DNA of 64,000 nt. Origin: a virus. This document shows, piece by piece, positions 27,462 to 36,300 of the stretch. The stretch is from IMG/VR virus record IMGVR_UViG_3300010413_000096, positions 5,279-69,278 of that record. One strand, 5' to 3'. A program made the position numbers and the translations under genes. Under the pieces are notes generated by a model that was given only the letters and a program-made list of their open reading frames with translations, had not been told where the DNA came from and made no database searches. Within the stretch, counting starts at the first letter, position 1; each line of letters opens with the position of its first letter.

Positions 27462-28121
27462 TCATCGTCCCACAAAGCCACCGCCTACACGCAGTGCTCT
27501 GGAGGGCACCGGCGCGGCTGCATCTGCTTGTTCCGAATACGGTTGTGGTAGGCCCTGGGACGGTTCTTCACCGACTAACTTACTGACACCTTTGCCGAGT
27601 TGACCTCCAAGCCAACCGGTCGCACCGGGCAACGAGTACTCCGGGGTAAAGAGTGACGCGGCGGTTCCTAGAATGCCCATGGGCGGGAACCAACCCAAAC
27701 CCTCACCGATGGCCCGACCAACCGCTTGTCCCCGTGTTTCGCCAGGACGGGGTTCTTCGGTGATACCTTTATATACACCGTAAGCAGGGAAGCCGAACAG
27801 AAAGCCTTTGGCACTGACGTCACCCGCAAGACGACCGAAGCCTTTGGTCTTCTCCCACGCGCTGGGGCCGTGTAGCATCGTTCGCCAATGCTCACGCGTA
27901 GGTTTCAACGACCCTACCTCTTTGACAAGTTGGACTGGATGAAGAATACGTTCCGGTTCACCGATAAGCGTACGCAACAGGCTGTGCTCGCCAGCGCCTT
28001 CTGCAAGCGGTTTGACGCCACGACCACGCGATAAACGTCGCAGTATCCAGTCCCAGGCCTTCGCTTCTTTCGTGAAGCCTAGTGTCTGCAACGCTTGCGC
28101 TTGTCCGTGTTCGTAGAACAT
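27462..28121 (-). CDS. putative ejection/membrane-active internal head protein
   Basis: N-terminal FYEHG...AL..LGFTKEA motif; glycine-zipper-like segments. Confidence 0.55.
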   Translation of the reverse strand: MFYEHGQAQALQTLGFTKEAKAWDWILRRLSRGRGVKPLAEGAGEHSLLRTLIGEPERILHPVQLVKEVGSLKPTREHWRTMLHGPSAWEKTKGFGRLAGDVSAKGFLFGFPAYGVYKGITEEPRPGETRGQAVGRAIGEGLGWFPPMGILGTAASLFTPEYSLPGATGWLGGQLGKGVSKLVGEEPSQGLPQPYSEQADAAAPVPSRALRVGGGFVGR

Positions 28122-29890
28122 CAGTAGCGTCCTTTGGGTCCGAGTCCGAACTCTTCGCCAAAGACGAACGCGGGAACAGGGTGTGTGCCGTGGATATCAG
28201 CCATTTCTCCGAAAGCTGCGCCTTCCAGAATTACGTTCTTCAGGTTCCGGTGACCTAGTCTAGCTAGAAAATCTGGATGCAACAATGGTGTTCGACTTAT
28301 CGGTTTCATCACCGGTTCGAACGTGGGGGCGTCCGGCGTAACCGGGACGCGTGTCAAGCCGCTCTGTTGGAAGTCTCGCGCCATCGCGGGTGTCACTTGA
28401 ACACCTGCGGTGTGATGCAAAACAGAGTTCCCGAGACGTTGGCCAATCGCTTCTTGCACTGGAACCTCTTTCGCCTTCTTGGCGAGCTGGGCTCTGAAGC
28501 GATTATAGTCGACGATGTCACCTTTCATCACCCCGAGGTTGGCATCGTCACGGTCCAGCATACGGACATAGTTCAGGTCCGTTTTTGCAAGAATCTCGAA
28601 GTGGCGTTTATCGATGTCGATGCCGGTACGCTGATAGATGCCATGCAGTGCGTCGGCGAGATACTTCCGTCCTTCGCCGAGGCCTTTGTACTTCACGACC
28701 TCATCGGGTTTGGGGATACCATCCGAGAGGGCATCACCCGCGTTCACGCGCTTTCCTCTGTCTACGATGACCTCTAAGTTGGGTGGCACGTAGTGTTGCT
28801 TTTCGTCGATGTGGACGTAGTGGCCGCCCTGGGGTGCACGTTTCACGGCGGTGACGGTGCCGCGCTGGGACGAAAGTGTTGCCTTGTTGAAGAAGCTCTG
28901 TGGTATCTCGGTTATCTGCTTGAACCCACTGAGCCCGCGCAACACGTTCTTCTGCTTTTCCGCAGTGCGTGTGGCGTGCTTGGCGCTCAGGGCCATCTGG
29001 GTCAGCGGTTCGCCCATCGCGTGTGCTGCAATCATACCGACGTTGTGACCGAGACGCGGAGACGCTCCTTTGGTGTCTAGCCCGTAGCACTTCTGGCAGA
29101 CGCCATCGGGTGCTTCACACGTCATGGGTGACCGTACGCGGACGCTGCCGCTGCGCGGTTTGTTACGCGCGGTGATGAGGTCGCCGTTGTCTGCACGAAA
29201 GCGGTCGATGATGTTCGGGTCATCGGCACCCATCATGAGGCCGTTCTTGGTCCCGCAGTCGGGCATCGTGATTATCTGGTCGCTCATGTTGTTGACCAGA
29301 ATCTTGCTCATCTCGCCTGGAGCAGCAACAGAGGTGTACGCTTCGACGGCGTTGCGTCTTGCTTCACCCATCGCTATCCAGTTGTCTGCGGGCTTGAGCC
29401 CTTCCGCGTAGCTCTTGCTGATGAGCCAGGGAATGGTCTCTTCCTGGTCGTTGACGACAGCGGCGGGCGTGGTCACAGACCGCATAAGCTGTGCAGGTTT
29501 TCCTCGAGCCCCACTCATCGCCATGGGCGTCATCTGTCCTGGGTGCTGTTTCGTCACCTCCAACATTTGCTGCTGCGTTTTTTGGATGAGGTCGATGCGC
29601 GCGTTAGGGTCCTTGAGTTGTTTGACGCGACGTAGTGCTGGTTCGAGGATGGCATCACGCCGTTTGTAGTCGGGTTCGATGTCGTCCAGACCGACGGTGA
29701 TACCCGCGTCCGTGGTGACCGCGTCCCCGACTTTCTTCAACGCACCGACAGTTCGAACGTAGGCGTGCGGGTCTTTACGCGCCAGGTCTACCATCAGCGT
29801 GTTGAGTTGCTTCTTCGAGGTTGGACCCGTGATTTGGTGCGACGCTGGGAGGACCTCGTTGAGCAGAAGCTGTCCGACAGTTTGCGCCAC
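28121..29890 (-). CDS. DNA-directed RNA polymerase, beta' C-terminal half
   Basis: MAMSGARG, SYAEGL, DCGT, VRSPMTCEAPDGVCQKCYG (Zn site), VGMIAAHAMGEPLTQMAL (trigger loop), IDKRHFEI. Confidence 0.9.
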   Translation of the reverse strand: MAQTVGQLLLNEVLPASHQITGPTSKKQLNTLMVDLARKDPHAYVRTVGALKKVGDAVTTDAGITVGLDDIEPDYKRRDAILEPALRRVKQLKDPNARIDLIQKTQQQMLEVTKQHPGQMTPMAMSGARGKPAQLMRSVTTPAAVVNDQEETIPWLISKSYAEGLKPADNWIAMGEARRNAVEAYTSVAAPGEMSKILVNNMSDQIITMPDCGTKNGLMMGADDPNIIDRFRADNGDLITARNKPRSGSVRVRSPMTCEAPDGVCQKCYGLDTKGASPRLGHNVGMIAAHAMGEPLTQMALSAKHATRTAEKQKNVLRGLSGFKQITEIPQSFFNKATLSSQRGTVTAVKRAPQGGHYVHIDEKQHYVPPNLEVIVDRGKRVNAGDALSDGIPKPDEVVKYKGLGEGRKYLADALHGIYQRTGIDIDKRHFEILAKTDLNYVRMLDRDDANLGVMKGDIVDYNRFRAQLAKKAKEVPVQEAIGQRLGNSVLHHTAGVQVTPAMARDFQQSGLTRVPVTPDAPTFEPVMKPISRTPLLHPDFLARLGHRNLKNVILEGAAFGEMADIHGTHPVPAFVFGEEFGLGPKGRY

Positions 29891-29893
29891 GGG

Positions 29894-30193
29894 TTAACTC
29901 CGTGGGCTGGTCGGCACTATCACCCCCGCAACTTGCTGACCTTGGTCTAGGCCGGTGAGGTCGATGGAGTGACCCCAGGAGACGGGTTTGCCGAACTGCC
30001 GGTAGCGCCTGTTCTCGGGGTAGACCCTCTCGGGTTCATCATCCTGTTGTTGCAGGATAGCAGCAAGGCGCTCCGCGTTGATGTTGGGCGACTTCGAGGG
30101 ATAGGGCGTACCCTTCTCCTCCGCCTCGGAGGCGGTCTTGAAACCCAAGTCTCGTAGCGCCTGGTCGACGCCTTGCTTGTAGAAAGGGGTCAT
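29894..30193 (-). CDS. small putative internal head protein
   Basis: N-terminal FYKQGVDQALRDLGFKTA motif. Confidence 0.6.
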   Translation of the reverse strand: MTPFYKQGVDQALRDLGFKTASEAEEKGTPYPSKSPNINAERLAAILQQQDDEPERVYPENRRYRQFGKPVSWGHSIDLTGLDQGQQVAGVIVPTSPRS

Positions 30194-30885
30194 GCGTTGC
30201 CGTTCTTCTTCTCCGTGAGCGCTGCGGCGCGTTCTCCAGTGCTACCGATGGTCTTGTCACGTTCCAGGTGTAGCACGCCCTCGGCCAGGGCTTCGATTTT
30301 GTCCTTCTGCCATTCGTGGCCGTAACCGAGACCGTCCGCGAACTTCTGGAGCAGGTCGACCACTTCGCCGATTTTCGCAGCTCCAGGGGTCTTCTGTCCA
30401 TCACCGTGTAGCAGACGTTTCTCTGCTTTTTCCTCGACCCAGGCGAGTGCCCAGCGTGCCTTTTCGGTCATGAGCTTTTCGACCGAATCGGGTACGTCGA
30501 TTTTCCACTTGGCTTCGGCGAGCTTCACCAACTTGCGTAGTCCGGCGACCAGAAAGGCGGCGAGGAACATGCCGAAGACGCTGAGCACCGGCATGAGCAG
30601 CGCTTGCCACCAGCTCTGTTGGTCCGTGGTGACGGGCGCAGTGGCTGGTTTCTCGGTCGCGGCTGCGGCCGGCGCGGCGGCAGGCTGCGTTGGCGCGGTC
30701 GCGGCGGGTGTTGACGCCGGTGCCGGCGTCGTCGCTGGCGCTGTCGCAGTCGGTTGACTGGCGGGCTGTGCGAGCGCGTCGGTCACGACCAGTGCGGTGG
30801 GTGTGAGCAAACCGAGCGTGAGAATGAGCCCGATGAGGCTCACAGACGTGCGGAGCTTCCACACTTTCTTGGTGTACGATGTCAT
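30190..30885 (-). CDS. holin-like membrane protein (signal/TM, Ala-Pro-Thr linker, TM, LL-H-holin-like domain)
   Basis: start MTSYTKK with AAGGAG RBS; two hydrophobic segments; ALAWVEE...GAAK...KIEALAEGVL pattern. Confidence 0.5.
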   Translation of the reverse strand: MTSYTKKVWKLRTSVSLIGLILTLGLLTPTALVVTDALAQPASQPTATAPATTPAPASTPAATAPTQPAAAPAAAATEKPATAPVTTDQQSWWQALLMPVLSVFGMFLAAFLVAGLRKLVKLAEAKWKIDVPDSVEKLMTEKARWALAWVEEKAEKRLLHGDGQKTPGAAKIGEVVDLLQKFADGLGYGHEWQKDKIEALAEGVLHLERDKTIGSTGERAAALTEKKNGNA

Positions 30886-31148
30886 GATGTCTCTCCTTGA
30901 AGAAGTCCGAGCTGCCACAAGGCCAGCTTCATTCCGGCTGAATAATAGGCGGTTTTCGTTTTTTTCGGTAGGCCCTGAAGGATTTTGTCCCACTCTTTTG
31001 ACGACACCCCTTTGGGTGGCGGTGGCTCAGCTTGTTTGACGTGCTCGGGCAGGTCTTTGCCCTTGGGCGTGTGCGCTTCCCACTTCTTGGCCATCTGCGG
31101 GTGGGTGGCGTACATCCAGCGTCGTTGTGCATCGCTCTTGAATGGCAT
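30882..31148 (-). CDS. small basic head protein
   Basis: MPFKSDAQRRWMYATHP..AKKWEAHTPKGKDLPEHVKQA; C-terminal YYSAGMKLALWQLG motif. Confidence 0.65.
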   Translation of the reverse strand: MPFKSDAQRRWMYATHPQMAKKWEAHTPKGKDLPEHVKQAEPPPPKGVSSKEWDKILQGLPKKTKTAYYSAGMKLALWQLGLLQGETS

Positions 31149-31164
31149 CGCTCTTGAATGGCAT
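31129..31164. repeat. perfect 16-bp tandem duplication
   Basis: GCATCGCTCTTGAATG at 31129-31144 and 31145-31160, plus GCAT. Confidence 0.95.
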
Positions 31165-32639
31165 TACTTCCCCTCGAACATCTGGAACCCCTTGTCGAGA
31201 TGCCAGTCTTGAAACGACGGCGCGCGAAGTGCACCGGGCTTTTTCGGATTGGTTTTGTCAGGGTACACCCCAAGTGCACGCACACGGGCAACACGTCCGA
31301 TGTACTTCTGTGGATTCTCCAGCATGTCGCGTTTGATGTCGTGGTTGAGCCCGGTACCCACGTGGCCAACGATGCGCCCTTTCGGTGTCCAGGAGTAGCG
31401 GAACCCACCCGCGAGTCCTTCACGTTGGCCTGTCTCGGGGAAGACCTCGCGCACGTAGACGTCGTGGTCAGGACGGAACTTCGCCTTGACGGGTGCTCCT
31501 CCTCCAAGGGGCCAGAGAACCACACCCTCGGAAGTGATGGGCTCCTGTCCTGTACGCACACGGTTCAACAAATCAACTTTGTCCCGAGTGGACGTCGCCA
31601 TCGGGGGTAGCTCGAGAAACGGTAGAACTTTGTTGACGCGCTTGAGGATTTGGAGCTTCTCCTTATAAGGGATGCTCTCGACGTCTTTGCCCGCGCGTCG
31701 GGCGACGTCAAAGATGACCGCACGGAGCGGCGCGTGTTGTTGTGTGTCGCGGCTTTTCCAGACGCCTGAGTTGAGGACCGCGCCTGTTTCGACGGCTTCT
31801 CTGGCGCGGCCTGTGTGCGGGTCGGAGGCGAACAACTCACCTCGGAGGACCAGCCCGTCGAGCCGCTGGGGTACGCGCTGCTTGAAACCTGGTAGGAACC
31901 GGTGGGTGTGTTCGATGACGCCCGTGTCGCGTTCAGTTGGACGATATGAAAACACGCGGACGGGCTGGCCCGCGTCGAGTCTGAATGTGTTGTGGGCACC
32001 ATCGACTTTCGCCATCATCAGTTGCTGACTGTTCGTCACGTCTACCGCATCGGGCTCGACTTCCTTGTACTTGGGTTTGCTCTGCGGCACGTCAGCGCGG
32101 TCCTTCGTGACCGTGACGTTTTGAAGTAGCCACTTGTTGTCTTTTGTGCGGCGTAGAACGAACTCTTCGTTCGACTTTCCCCGGTAAACATTGAAGCGCA
32201 CCTTGTCGTTGTTCGCTTCAACGATGTCGACCGGTTCCTTGACCGCCATGCGCACGCGACCTTTGCCGTAGCCCTCGGGGATGACCTCGGGTTTCTTCGC
32301 ACCGAACTCCAGCGCATAGGCTGGGGTGTGCGTGAACGTCTGCACTGCGAGTAGCTTCTCGCCGGGTTCGGGTAGGCGCGCTTTGGGCACCGCCCAGGAG
32401 TGTGCTTTGCCCGCATCGGGGTCTACGAGACGAAGGTCAAAGTGGCGTCCTGCGCGAGCTGCTTCGTGGTCTTGAACCGCGAGGGTCCAGCGGTTGAGTG
32501 TTTTGGGCGTGATGGAGGGAAGTCTGCTGATGGGCTTCTGCGCGGGTATGCCTGGCGCGAATTCCTTCGCTACTTTAAGCAGACCTAAGTCGGCGAGGGC
32601 AGCAAGCCGCCCGCCGATTTTGAACGCGCTGGCATCCAT
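31164..32639 (-). CDS. LigD 3'-phosphoesterase domain fused to ATP-dependent DNA ligase
   Basis: AVQDHEA...HFDLRL...SWAVPK...LAVQTFTH...IPEGYGKG (PE domain); KVDG (motif I), LRGEL, IFDV, SEGVV, KAK; OB fold VGTG and LRAPSF. Confidence 0.85.
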   Translation of the reverse strand: MDASAFKIGGRLAALADLGLLKVAKEFAPGIPAQKPISRLPSITPKTLNRWTLAVQDHEAARAGRHFDLRLVDPDAGKAHSWAVPKARLPEPGEKLLAVQTFTHTPAYALEFGAKKPEVIPEGYGKGRVRMAVKEPVDIVEANNDKVRFNVYRGKSNEEFVLRRTKDNKWLLQNVTVTKDRADVPQSKPKYKEVEPDAVDVTNSQQLMMAKVDGAHNTFRLDAGQPVRVFSYRPTERDTGVIEHTHRFLPGFKQRVPQRLDGLVLRGELFASDPHTGRAREAVETGAVLNSGVWKSRDTQQHAPLRAVIFDVARRAGKDVESIPYKEKLQILKRVNKVLPFLELPPMATSTRDKVDLLNRVRTGQEPITSEGVVLWPLGGGAPVKAKFRPDHDVYVREVFPETGQREGLAGGFRYSWTPKGRIVGHVGTGLNHDIKRDMLENPQKYIGRVARVRALGVYPDKTNPKKPGALRAPSFQDWHLDKGFQMFEGK

Positions 32640-32653
32640 CCAAGGGGCAACCT

Positions 32654-33028
32654 TCAGCGACCTTTGGCCGCCATGTGCTGCATTTTGCCCTTGCCGAACT
32701 TCGAGCGCCCGATGGCAGCCGCGAGGGCACCGGGGTCCTTGACGCCCTTCTGTTTGCTGAGCTTGGATTTGAGCCGTGCGAATCGTGTCCCCTTGCCGGC
32801 GGGTGCACGCGCTGCTGGTTGCGAAGGTCCACCCTTGCGTGAGCCGGGCTTGACCTTGCGTCCTTTGGGCTCTCCGAGCTTTTCGAGCGCGATTTCCACC
32901 GCACGTTCCGCAGCCGTCTTACGAGTCACGACGGGCGCCGTGGGATTGCCTTCGTCGGCTTGCATCCACGCGGTGAAGTCATGAATCGCCTGGGCCGCGC
33001 CTAGCTTGTAGAACACGTCCCGGTCCAT
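32654..33028 (-). CDS. small basic putative DNA-binding internal head protein
   Basis: N-terminal FYKLGAAQAI motif; C-terminal GVKDPGALAAAIGRSKFGK. Confidence 0.65.
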   Translation of the reverse strand: MDRDVFYKLGAAQAIHDFTAWMQADEGNPTAPVVTRKTAAERAVEIALEKLGEPKGRKVKPGSRKGGPSQPAARAPAGKGTRFARLKSKLSKQKGVKDPGALAAAIGRSKFGKGKMQHMAAKGR

Positions 33029-33029
33029 G

Positions 33030-33281
33030 TCAGTACCCTCGGTTGACGAGCCCCGCCCTGGGTCCGGGGTTGACGATGCCTTCGGGCGCTGCCGGCGGCA
33101 TGGTTTGACCCGGCGGTTTCGGGGTGAACTTGGGGGCGGGCGTGACGGGCTTCGCGGCGGGGCCGGCAGCCGGGGTCACGGGTTGCGGGGGCGTCTGCCC
33201 CTGTTTCTCCTGCACCATGCGCTGGAAGTCTTCCCACGCGGCGGCGGCGCCGAGCTTGTATGCGGTGTCGAGATGGCTCAT
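33030..33281 (-). CDS. small Pro-rich putative internal head protein
   Basis: start MSHLD with AGGAG RBS; AYKLGAAAAW motif. Confidence 0.6.
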   Translation of the reverse strand: MSHLDTAYKLGAAAAWEDFQRMVQEKQGQTPPQPVTPAAGPAAKPVTPAPKFTPKPPGQTMPPAAPEGIVNPGPRAGLVNRGY

Positions 33282-33313
33282 CGTGCACTCCTGTGAGTCG
33301 AACGTTCTCGCCA

Positions 33314-33342
33314 AGTATAGGTTATGGGAGCGTTTTACCCAA
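33314..33342 (-). promoter_or_regulatory. putative late promoter
   Basis: TTGGGT-17 bp (ending AACC)-TATACT. Confidence 0.6.
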
Positions 33343-36300
33343 TGCGGATTGTGTCGTTCAAGTCGACTTCCCCGCGCCTATACGCCTGCAAGGCTTCGTT
33401 CTTGCTCTTGAAACTTCGCGTTTTTCCACCCGATGCTGCGCTCGCGGTGTAGACGCCAAGCACCGCTTCGTGTTGTGGAAAAACCATCAAGTCCGACTTC
33501 GTCTTGTCGCCGAACAGTTGGTTGGAGAGTGTCATGGATTTGACGTCTTGAACAGCCCCGTCACTGACAGGAACGTGAACCTGCACGGTGTCACCGTCGT
33601 AGTCCATGCCCATACCTTCTTCCATGAAGGGATTCACTCGAATCGTCTTGCCGGGCACAGGTACCGGGTACGCGCCGACCATGCTGAAACGGTGCAAGGT
33701 GGGTGCGCGGTTGATGACTACCGGACGGTTGCGCGATTCGGTGAGGAGCGCTTCGCGAGCCTGGGGGTGTTTGTTCGCTATCATGTCCTTCGCGTCCAAC
33801 GCGCGGTAGCCCCCTTGCACCAGGCGTCGCATGAGGTGGGGCTCGTAGGTCTTCCACATCATGTCTTCAGGCAGTCCCACCTCGTCCATGTTGAGATTGA
33901 GGTCAGGCGCTACCGTGCCACGTCCAGTGAGGTCTTGCGGTCGCTTGAGCACCTTGCCGTGAAAGAAACCACGTTTGGGACTTCCTTGACCAGCGATGGT
34001 GGTGATGAATCCCTTGGCACCGCGTCCTTTGAGCTGAGGGCTCACCGCGTCTCCCAAGCCGAATACCGCCTTGGTCGCGTCATAGAGATGCAGACGCGCT
34101 CGACCCACTTCGTCTTCCGGGAGCATTCGTTTGGCTTCGTTGAGCGTGTCGTTGGCCAGCATCGCGTCGCGGTAGAGGTAGTTTGCGTCAGAGATGAGAA
34201 GGTCTCGTTTCCCTCGAGAGGGCAGAATAGGCCGCACAACAGGAGGCACCACCGGGAGTTTTGAGAGCACGAAGGCCTTGTCCGGCGTGAGGCCTTGGCG
34301 TTCCAGACTGTTGAGTGCCTTGAGTTGCTTCACCGTGTCGTCCAACGAGGTACCCGTGGCTTTGGCTGCACGGGCTTCAAGAAAGGCGCGATGTTCTCTG
34401 AGGTCGAGGTCACGCAAGCGTTTTTGAATCCCTGACCCGCCTTCACGTTGCACGGCTGTACGGAACTGCGCTTTGGTCATTCCCAGAATTCGGCGCACAG
34501 GGTCTTCGAACGTGGGGTTGACGATGGGTTCGTTCAGCGTGACGTGTGCCCAACGGTTACCGCTGGTGCCGCCTGTAACGACAGGGTCGAAGAGTCCACC
34601 CTTCTCTGGTGCGAGGTCCTTTTCACGTACCATCGTAGGCTTCTTCAACTCGCCCGCAGACATCTTCGTGATGTCGTTGTCGGTCATTGGACCGAGGAAG
34701 AGCTGTTCGTTGCTCTTGTCGACCTTGATGCCTGCGCCACCCAGCATGTCGACGAACTTGTCGTAGGCGAACGCGCGCCGCATCGGGGGCGTAGGCTGTC
34801 CAAGCTGGTAGGCACGCCACCACTCGTCGTTGCGTGAACTCTTCAGCGTGGCCGCTTCGCGCAGCGCGTTCCGTGCGTTGTGCGCCAGGAGCCCGTTGAT
34901 TTCCATACGGCCCAACGACTTTGCGCCCTCAGCGCCGCCCTTGGCGGGTTGCAAGTTCACGTCGTAGTCGCCCACGCCACGCGCGGAGTAGTTGGTCTCA
35001 GTCGATTTGAACAGCTTGTAGATGTACTGCGGACCGGTCATCACGCCTTTGCCGTCGGGTCCTTTCACCTCTTTGCCGGTCACCGGATTGAAGAGCACCT
35101 CTTTGTCGGTGAGCCCATTATCCTTGAGCAGTTGTTTGGCCCAGGCCACGTTGTTCCGACCAGACATCGAGGGAATAGCGATGGGCTTTCCTGTTTTCTT
35201 CGCCACTTTCGCTACGGCCGTCTCGATGATTTGCGCAGGGTTTACGCGGGAAACCACGCCAGCCGAGGTCATCAGCAAGTCCAGTGGTTGTCCCTCCGGG
35301 TTTCGGACCATCTGGTCGTCAGGCACAATCTTGGAGATGACGCCCTTGTTGCCGTAGCGTCCGGCTACTTTGTCTCCAACAGCCGCTGACTCGCGCGTTT
35401 TCACCGTCACCAGCACGCGGCTGGCAGTGACAACAACATCCACGACCTCACCCGCATTGCGGTGGTCCCAAACAACCGTCATCTCGCGGTAGGGCGTGGC
35501 CAGAGTTTTGTGCAGACGCCCCAACATCTGTTGGTCGGGAGTCGGAGCTGTTTTGCGCAGCGCTAGTACCAACGGGTCGCCGGGTTGCACCGTTGTGCCC
35601 GCCTTGGCGACCCCGCGTTCGTCCAGGTTGCCGTACTGCTGGCTGGTCCAGCGAGACCCGAACTGCGCTTGGTGCTTTCGCTTGTCGAGCACCACATCGT
35701 TGTCCAGCGGCAGCGACTCTTTATACATATGCTCGCTGGTGAGTTTCTGCGCACCCGTCTCAGAGACCACGACCGCATCGTTGGAGTTCATGCCGTAGTA
35801 GGCCATGTAGCCCACGTTGAGGTTGCGCCCCAAAGCGAGCTTGCCGTTGCGGGTGTAGTTGGAGTCGGCCAACTGCTGGTTGGCTTCTACGCGGTCGCCT
35901 TTCTTCACCGTGACGTTGTTGTGCAAGTACGTCTTGGACGACAGTGGGTAGTTGTCGTCGTAGGGAATCTTGATGAGTGGTGTAGCACCGAGCTTCTCGC
36001 CATCGAGTTCGTCACCTTCGTACAGCGTCACGTGCTCTTTCGGAGCCATGCGCGGGAAGGGCCACGTCTCTTCTTCGGAAGCGCTTTTGCGCGACTCGGG
36101 TTGCAGGTAGATGTAGTCACGGTCTACCTTTCGGATGATGCCACTGACAGGTGCCACAGGGACGATGAGGTCCGCCAGCTCTTGTTCAAAAGTGCGACCG
36201 GGGTTGTAGGATTCGACCTGAACGAGCGGCTCTTCGCGTTCGACGAGAGGCAAGGCCTGCGTCGAGTACTTCCCGCCCATGATGACGCGGTTGCCCTGGA

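Noticed and set aside
30942-30951. Extra copy of the RCC-TAnnnT promoter motif (CGCC-TATTAT)
   Set aside because: Lies in coding sequence (Ala-Tyr-Tyr codons of the tag motif) and has no TTG at the 17-bp spacing
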